Below, in pieces: positions 53,401 to 62,400 of a DNA stretch of 64,000 nucleotides (position 1 is the stretch's first letter; every line of letters begins with the position of its first letter). Where the stretch lies: the NCBI GenBank assembly GCA_965202585.1, contig OZ241828.1, positions 46,438,001 to 46,502,000 of the forward strand. Reading direction: 5' to 3'. The stretch is from Thalia democratica. Its lineage: Eukaryota. Both the position numbers and the translations under genes were made by a program. The notes under the pieces were generated by a model, which was given only the letters and a program-made list of their open reading frames with translations, searched no databases and was not told the origin of the DNA.

Positions 53401-56400
53401 CTTGTTCGTCAGCGTAGAAAGCGTCACTCAATGCTGGAGCACCTCCAACAATAATGGCTTGTTGAGCTAGTGCTGAATCTCCCTTGAACGGCTTGCCGCT
53501 GTCGGCAGCAACCGGTGAGTATCCTGCACCGTATCCGCCAGCAAATGGTCTGTCACCTGCCATTGGTTTGCCTCCTACAGCCAATCGTGATGGATGGTCG
53601 TAACCCTTGTCCTTGTGGTTGTTATCGAAGATAACACCTTGATCGTCTGCAACGTAGCCGGCGTTGTCGAAGAACGGAACATCGAACTTGTTACCGTCAC
53701 TGAGAACTTGTTCGTCAGCGTAGACAGCGTCACTCAATGCTGGAGCACTTCCAACAATAATGGCTTGTTGAGCTGGTGCTGAATCTCCCTTGAACGGCTT
53801 GCCGCTGTCGGCAGCAACCGGTGAGTATCCTGCGCCGTATCCGCCAGCAAATGGTCTGTCACCGGCCATTGGTTTGCCTCCTACAGCCAATCGTGCTGAG
53901 TCAAAGTCTCCGAGGTCTTTGTGATCGTCAGCGAACACAATACCGTCGTGATCTCCGTAGTAAGAACCGTCTCCCTTGAATGCTGCTGGCATGAAACCTC
54001 CGTCGGTAACAATTGAGCTGTCACCGTAGACTTCGTCATCTGCAGCTGGCACTCCTTGGATCACAATGGCTTGTTGAGCTGGTGCTGAATCTCCCTTGAA
54101 CGGCTTGCCGCTGTCGGCAGCAACCGGTGAGTATCCTGCGCCGTATCCGCCAGCAAATGGTCTGTCACCTGCCATTGGTTTGCCACCTACAGCCAATCGT
54201 GCTGAGTCAAAGTCTCCGAGGTCTTTGTGATCGTCAGCGAACACAATACCGTCGTGATCTCCGTAGTAAGAACCGTCTCCCTTGAATGCTGCTGGCATGA
54301 AACCTCCGTCGGTAACAATTGAGCTGTCACCGTAGACTTCGTCATCTGCAGCTGGCACTCCTTGGATCACAATGGCTTGTTGAGCTGGTGCTGAATCTCC
54401 CTTGAACGGCTTGCCGCTGTCGGCAGCAACCGGTGAGTATCCTGCGCCGTATCCGCCAGCAAATGGTCTGTCACCTGCCATTGGTTTGCCTCCTACAGCC
54501 AATCGTGATGGATGGTCGTAACCCTTGTCCTTGTGGTTGTTATCGAAGATAACACCTTGATCGTCTGCAACGTATCCGGCGTTGTCGAAGAACGGAACGT
54601 CGAACTTGTTACCGTCACTGAGAACTTGTTCGTCAGCGTAGAAAGCGTCACTCAATGCTGGAGCACCTCCAACAATAATGGCTTGTTGAGCTGGAGCTGA
54701 ATCTCCCTTGAACGGCTTGCCGCTGTCGGCAGCAACCGGTGAGTATCCTGCGCCGTATCCAGAAGCAAATGGTCTGTCACCGGCCATTGGTTTGCCTCCT
54801 ACAGCCAATCGTGCTGAGTCAAAGTCTCCGAGGTCTTTGTGATCGTCAGCGAACACAATACCGTCGTGATCTCCGTAGTAAGAACCGTCTCCCTTGAATG
54901 CTGCTGGCATGAAACCTCCGTCGGTAACAATTGAGCTGTCACCGTAGACTTCGTCATCTGCAGCTGGCACTCCTTGGATCACAATGGCTTGTTGAGCTGG
55001 TGCTGAATCTCCCTTGAACGGCTTGCCGCTGTCGGCAGCAACCGGTGAGTATCCTGCGCCGTATCCGCCAGCAAATGGTCTGTCACCGGCCATTGGTTTG
55101 CCTCCTACAGCCAATCGTGATGGATGGTCGTAACCCTTGTCCTTGTGGTTGTTATCGAAGATAACACCTTGATCGTCTGCAACGTAGCCGGCGTTTTCGA
55201 AGAACGGAACGTCGAACTTGTTACCGTCACTGAGAACTTGTTCGTCAGCGTAGAAAGCGTCACTCAATGCTGGAGCACCTCCAACAATAATGGCTTGTTG
55301 AGCTGGAGCTGAATCTCCCTTGAACGGCTTGCCGCTGTCGGCAGCAACCGGTGAGTATCCTGCGCCGTATCCGCCAGCAAATGGTCTGTCACCGGCCATT
55401 GGTTTGCCTCCTACAGCCAATCGTGCTGAGTCAAAGTCTCCGAGGTCTTTGTGATCGTCAGCGAACACAATACCGTCGTGATCTCCGTAGTAAGAACCGT
55501 CTCCCTTGAATGCTCCTGGCATGAAACCTCCGTCGGTAACAATTGAGCTGTCACCGTAGACTTCGTCATCTGCAGCTGGCAATCCTTGGATCACAATGGC
55601 TTGTTGAGCTGGTGCTGAATCTCCCTTGAACGGCTTGCCGCTGTCGGCAGCAACCGGTGAGTATCCTGCGCCGTATCCGCCAGCAAATGGTCTGTCACCG
55701 GCCATTGGTTTGCCTCCTACAGCCAATCGTGATGGATGGTCGTAACCCTTGTCCTTGTGGTTGTTATCGAAGATAACACCTTGATCGTCTGCAACGTATC
55801 CGGCGTTGTCGAAGAACGGAACGTCGAACTTGTTACCGTCACTGAGAACTTGTTCGTCAGCGTAGAAAGCGTCACTCAATGCTGGAGCACCTCCAACAAT
55901 AATGGCTTGTTGAGCTAGTGCTGAATCTCCCTTGAACGGCTTGCCGCTGTCGGCAGCAACCGGTGAGTATCCTGCACCGTATCCGCCAGCAAATGGTCTG
56001 TCACCTGCCATTGGTTTGCCTCCTACAGCCAATCGTGATGGATGGTCGTAACCCTTGTCCTTGTGGTTGTTATCGAAGATAACACCTTGATCGTCTGCAA
56101 CGTAGCCGGCGTTGTCGAAGAACGGAACGTCGAACTTGTTACCGTCACTGAGAACTTGTTCGTCAGCGTAGACAGCGTCACTCAATGCTGGAGCACTTCC
56201 AACAATAATGGCTTGTTGAGCTGGTGCTGAATCTCCCTTGAACGGCTTGCCACTGTCGGCAGCAACCGGTGAGTATCCTGCGCCGTATCCGCCAGCAAAT
56301 GGTCTGTCACCGGCCATTGGTTTGCCTCCTACAGCCAATCGTGCTGAGTCAAAGTCTCCGAGGTCTTTGTGATCGTCAGCGAACACAATACCGTCGTGAT

Positions 56401-59400
56401 CTCCGTAGTAAGAACCGTCTCCCTTGAATGCTGCTGGCATGAAACCTCCGTCGGTAACAATTGAGCTGTCACCGTAGACTTCGTCATCTGCAGCTGGCAC
56501 TCCTTGGATCACAATGGCTTGTTGAGCTGGTGCTGAATCTCCCTTGAACGGCTTGCCGCTGTCGGCAGCAACCGGTGAGTATCCTGCGCCGTATCCGCCA
56601 GCAAATGGTCTGTCACCTGCCATTGGTTTGCCACCTACAGCCAATCGTGCTGAGTCAAAGTCTCCGAGGTCTTTGTGATCGTCAGCGAACACAATACCGT
56701 CGTGATCTCCGTAGTAAGAACCGTCTCCCTTGAATGCTGCTGGCATGAAACCTCCGTCGGTAACAATTGAGCTGTCACCGTAGACTTCGTCATCTGCAGC
56801 TGGCACTCCTTGGATCACAATGGCTTGTTGAGCTGGTGCTGAATCTCCCTTGAACGGCTTGCCGCTGTCGGCAGCAACCGGTGAGTATCCTGCGCCGTAT
56901 CCGCCAGCAAATGGTCTGTCACCGGCCATTGGTTTGCCTCCTACAGCCAATCGTGCTGAGTCAAAGTCTCCGAGGTCTTTGTGATCGTCAGCGAACACAA
57001 TACCGTCGTGATCTCCGTAGTAAGAACCGTCTCCCTTGAATGCTGCTGGCATGAAACCTCCGTCGGTAACAATTGAGCTGTCACCGTAGACTTCGTCATC
57101 TGCAGCTGGCACTCCTTGGATCACAATGGCTTGTTGAGCTGGTGCTGAATCTCCCTTGAACGGCTTGCCGCTGTCGGCAGCAACCGGTGAGTATCCTGCG
57201 CCGTATCCGCCAGCAAATGGTCTGTCACCTGCCATTGGTTTGCCTCCTACAGCCAATCGTGATGGATGGTCGTAACCCTTGTCCTTGTGGTTGTTATCGA
57301 AGATAACACCTTGATCGTCTGCAACGTATCCGGCGTTGTCGAAGAACGGAACGTCGAACTTGTTACCGTCACTGAGAACTTGTTCGTCAGCGTAGAAAGC
57401 GTCACTCAATGCTGGAGCACCTCCAACAATAATGGCTTGTTGAGCTGGAGCTGAATCTCCCTTGAACGGCTTGCCGCTGTCGGCAGCAACCGGTGAGTAT
57501 CCTGCGCCGTATCCGCCAGCAAATGGTCTGTCACCGGCCATTGGTTTGCCTCCTACAGCCAATCGTGCTGAGTCAAAGTCTCCGAGGTCTTTGTGATCGT
57601 CAGCGAACACAATACCGTCGTGATCTCCGTAGTAAGAACCGTCTCCCTTGAATGCTCCTGGCATGAAACCTCCGTCGGTAACAATTGAGCTGTCACCGTA
57701 GACTTCGTCATCTGCAGCTGGCAATCCTTGGATCACAATGGCTTGTTGAGCTGGTGCTGAATCTCCCTTGAACGGCTTGCCGCTGTCGGCAGCAACCGGT
57801 GAGTATCCTGCGCCGTATCCGCCAGCAAATGGTCTGTCACCGGCCATTGGTTTGCCTCCTACAGCCAATCGTGATGGATGGTCGTAACCCTTGTCCTTGT
57901 GGTTGTTATCGAAGATAACACCTTGATCGTCTGCAACGTATCCGGCGTTGTCGAAGAACGGAACGTCGAACTTGTTACCGTCACTGAAAACTTGTTCGTC
58001 AGCGTAGAAAGCGTCACTCAATGCTGGAGCACCTCCAACAATAATGGCTTGTTGAGCTAGTGCTGAATCTCCCTTGAACGGCTTGCCGCTGTCGGCAGCA
58101 ACCGGTGAGTATCCTGCACCGTATCCGCCAGCAAATGGTCTGTCACCTGCCATTGGTTTGCCTCCTACAGCCAATCGTGATGGATGGTCGTAACCCTTGT
58201 CCTTGTGGTTGTTATCGAAGATAACACCTTGATCGTCTGCAACGTAGCCGGCGTTGTCGAAGAACGGAACATCGAACTTGTTACCGTCACTGAGAACTTG
58301 TTCGTCAGCGTAGACAGCGTCACTCAATGCTGGAGCACTTCCAACAATAATGGCTTGTTGAGCTGGTGCTGAATCTCCCTTGAACGGCTTGCCGCTGTCG
58401 GCAGCAACCGGTGAGTATCCTGCGCCGTATCCGCCAGCAAATGGTCTGTCACCGGCCATTGGTTTGCCTCCTACAGCCAATCGTGCTGAGTCAAAGTCTC
58501 CGAGGTCTTTGTGATCGTCAGCGAACACAATACCGTCGTGATCTCCGTAGTAAGAACCGTCTCCCTTGAATGCTGCTGGCATGAAACCTCCGTCGGTAAC
58601 AATTGAGCTGTCACCGTAGACTTCGTCATCTGCAGCTGGCACTCCTTGGATCACAATGGCTTGTTGAGCTGGTGCTGAATCTCCCTTGAACGGCTTGCCG
58701 CTGTCGGCAGCAACCGGTGAGTATCCTGCGCCGTATCCGCCAGCAAATGGTCTGTCACCTGCCATTGGTTTGCCACCTACAGCCAATCGTGCTGAGTCAA
58801 AGTCTCCGAGGTCTTTGTGATCGTCAGCGAACACAATACCGTCGTGATCTCCGTAGTAAGAACCGTCTCCCTTGAATGCTGCTGGCATGAAACCTCCGTC
58901 GGTAACAATTGAGCTGTCACCGTAGACTTCGTCATCTGCAGCTGGCACTCCTTGGATCACAATGGCTTGTTGAGCTGGTGCTGAATCTCCCTTGAACGGC
59001 TTGCCGCTGTCGGCAGCAACCGGTGAGTATCCTGCGCCGTATCCGCCAGCAAATGGTCTGTCACCGGCCATTGGTTTGCCTCCTACAGCCAATCGTGCTG
59101 AGTCAAAGTCTCCGAGGTCTTTGTGATCGTCAGCGAACACAATACCGTCGTGATCTCCGTAGTAAGAACCGTCTCCCTTGAATGCTGCTGGCATGAAACC
59201 TCCGTCGGTAACAATTGAGCTGTCACCGTAGACTTCGTCATCTGCAGCTGGCACTCCTTGGATCACAATGGCTTGTTGAGCTGGTGCTGAATCTCCCTTG
59301 AACGGCTTGCCGCTGTCGGCAGCAACCGGTGAGTATCCTGCGCCGTATCCGCCAGCAAATGGTCTGTCACCTGCCATTGGTTTGCCTCCTACAGCCAATC

Positions 59401-62400
59401 GTGATGGATGGTCGTAACCCTTGTCCTTGTGGTTGTTATCGAAGATAACACCTTGATCGTCTGCAACGTATCCGGCGTTGTCGAAGAACGGAACGTCGAA
59501 CTTGTTACCGTCACTGAGAACTTGTTCGTCAGCGTAGAAAGCGTCACTCAATGCTGGAGCACCTCCAACAATAATGGCTTGTTGAGCTGGAGCTGAATCT
59601 CCCTTGAACGGCTTGCCGCTGTCGGCAGCAACCGGTGAGTATCCTGCGCCGTATCCGCCAGCAAATGGTCTGTCACCGGCCATTGGTTTGCCTCCTACAG
59701 CCAATCGTGCTGAGTCAAAGTCTCCGAGGTCTTTGTGATCGTCAGCGAACACAATACCGTCGTGATCTCCGTAGTAAGAACCGTCTCCCTTGAATGCTGC
59801 TGGCATGAAACCTCCGTCGGTAACAATTGAGTTGTCACCGTAGATTTCGTCATCTGCAGCTGGCACTCCTTGGATCACAATGGCTTGTTGAGCTGGTGCT
59901 GAATCTCCCTTGAACGGCTTGCCGCTGTCGGCAGCAACCGGTGAGTATCCTGCGCCGTATCCGCCAGCAAATGGTCTGTCACCTGCCATTGGTTTGCCTC
60001 CTACAGCCAATCGTGATGGATGGTCGTAACCCTTGTCCTTGTGGTTGTTATCGAAGATAACACCTTGATCGTCTGCAACGTATCCGGCGTTGTCGAAGAA
60101 CGGAACGTCGAACTTGTTACCGTCACTGAGAACTTGTTCGTCAGCGTAGAAAGCGTCACTCAATGCTGGAGCACCTCCAACAATAATGGCTTGTTGAGCT
60201 GGAGCTGAATCTCCCTTGAACGGCTTGCCGCTGTCGGCAGCAACCGGTGAGTATCCTGCGCCGTATCCAGAAGCAAATGGTCTGTCACCGGCCATTGGTT
60301 TGCCTCCTACAGCCAATCGTGCTGAGTCAAAGTCTCCGAGGTCTTTGTGATCGTCAGCGAACACAATACCGTCGTGATCTCCGTAGTAAGAACCGTCTCC
60401 CTTGAATGCTGCTGGCATGAAACCTCCGTCGGTAACAATTGAGCTGTCACCGTAGACTTCGTCATCTGCAGCTGGCACTCCTTGGATCACAATGGCTTGT
60501 TGAGCTGGTGCTGAATCTCCCTTGAACGGCTTGCCGCTGTCGGCAGCAACCGGTGAGTATCCTGCGCCGTATCCGCCAGCAAATGGTCTGTCACCTGCCA
60601 TTGGTTTGCCTCCTACAGCCAATCGTGATGGATGGTCGTAACCCTTGTCCTTGTGGTTGTTATCGAAGATAACACCTTGATCGTCTGCAACGTATCCGGC
60701 GTTGTCGAAGAACGGAACGTCGAACTTGTTACCGTCACTGAGAACTTGTTCGTCAGCGTAGAAAGCGTCACTCAATGCTGGAGCACCTCCAACAATAATG
60801 GCTTGTTGAGCTGGAGCTGAATCTCCCTTAAACGGCTTGCCGCTGTCGGCAGCAACCGGTGAGTATCCTGCGCCGTATCCGCCAGCAAATGGTCTGTCAC
60901 CGGCCATTGGTTTGCCTCCTACATCCAATCGTGCTGAGTCAAAGTCTCCGAGGTCTTTGTGATCGTCAGCGAACACAATACCGTCGTGATCTCCGTAGTA
61001 AGAACCGTCTCCCTTGAATGCTGCTGGCATGAAACCTCCGTCGGTAACAATTGAGCTGTCACCGTAGACTTCGTCATCTGCAGCTGGCACTCCTTGGATC
61101 ACAATGGCTTGTTGAGCTAGTGCTGAATCTCCCTTGAACGGCTTGCCGCTGTCGGCAGCAACCGGTGAGTATCCTGCGCCGTATCCGCCAGCAAATGGTC
61201 TGTCACCTGCCATTGGTTTTCCTCCTACAGCCAATCGTGCTGAGTCAAAGTCTCCGAGGTCTTTGTGATCGTCAGCGAACACAATACCGTCGTGATCTCC
61301 GTAGTAAGAACCGTCTCCCTTGAATGCTGCTGGCATGAAACCTCCGTCGGTAACAATTGAACTGTCACCGTAGACTTCGTCATATGCAGCTGGCACTCCT
61401 TGGATCACAATGGCTTGTTGAGCTGGTGCTGAATCTCCCTTGAACGGCTTGCCGCTGTCGGCAGCAACCGGTGAGTATCCTGCGCCGTATCCGCCAGCAA
61501 ATGGTCTGTCACCGGCCATTGGTTTGCCTCCTACAGCCAATCGTGCTGAGTCAAAGTCTCCGAGGTCTTTGTGATCGTCAGCGAACACAATACTGTCGTG
61601 ATCTCCGTAGTAAGAACCGTCTCCCTTGAATGCTGCTGGCATGAAACCTCCGTCGGTAACAATTGAGCTGTCACCGTAGACTTCGTCATCTGCAGCTGGC
61701 ACTCCTTGGATCACAATGGCTTGTTGAGCTGGTGCTGAATCTCCCTTGAACGGCTTGCCGCTGTCGGCAGCAACCGGTGAGTATCCTGCGCCGTATCCGC
61801 CAGCAAATGGTCTGTCACCGGCCATTGGTTTGCCTCCTACAGCCAATCGTGCTGAGTCAAAGTCTCCGAGGTCTTTGTGATCGTCAGCGAACACAATACC
61901 GTCGTGATCTCCGTAGTAAGAACCGTCTCCCTTGAATGCTGCTGGCATGAAACCTCCGTCGGTAACAATTGAGCTGTCACCGTAGACTTCGTCATCTGCA
62001 GCTGGCACTCCTTGGATCACAATGGCTTGTTGAGCTGGTGCTGAATCTCCCTTGAACGGCTTGCCGCTGTCGGCAGCAACCGGTGAGTATCCTGCGCCGT
62101 ATCCGCCAGCAAATGGTCTGTCACCTGCCATTGGTTTGCCTCCTACAGCCAATCGTGATGGATGGTCGTAATCCTTGTCCTTGTGGTTGTTATCGAAGAT
62201 AACACCTTGATCGTCTGCAACGTATCCGGCGTTGTCGAAGAACGGAACGTCGAACTTGTTACCGTCACTGAGAACTTGTTCGTCAGCGTAGAAAGCGTCA
62301 CTCAATAATGGAGCACCTCCAACAATAATGGCTTGTTGAGCTGGAGCTGAATCTCCCTTGAACGGCTTGCCGCTGTCGGCAGCAACCGGTGAGTATCCTG

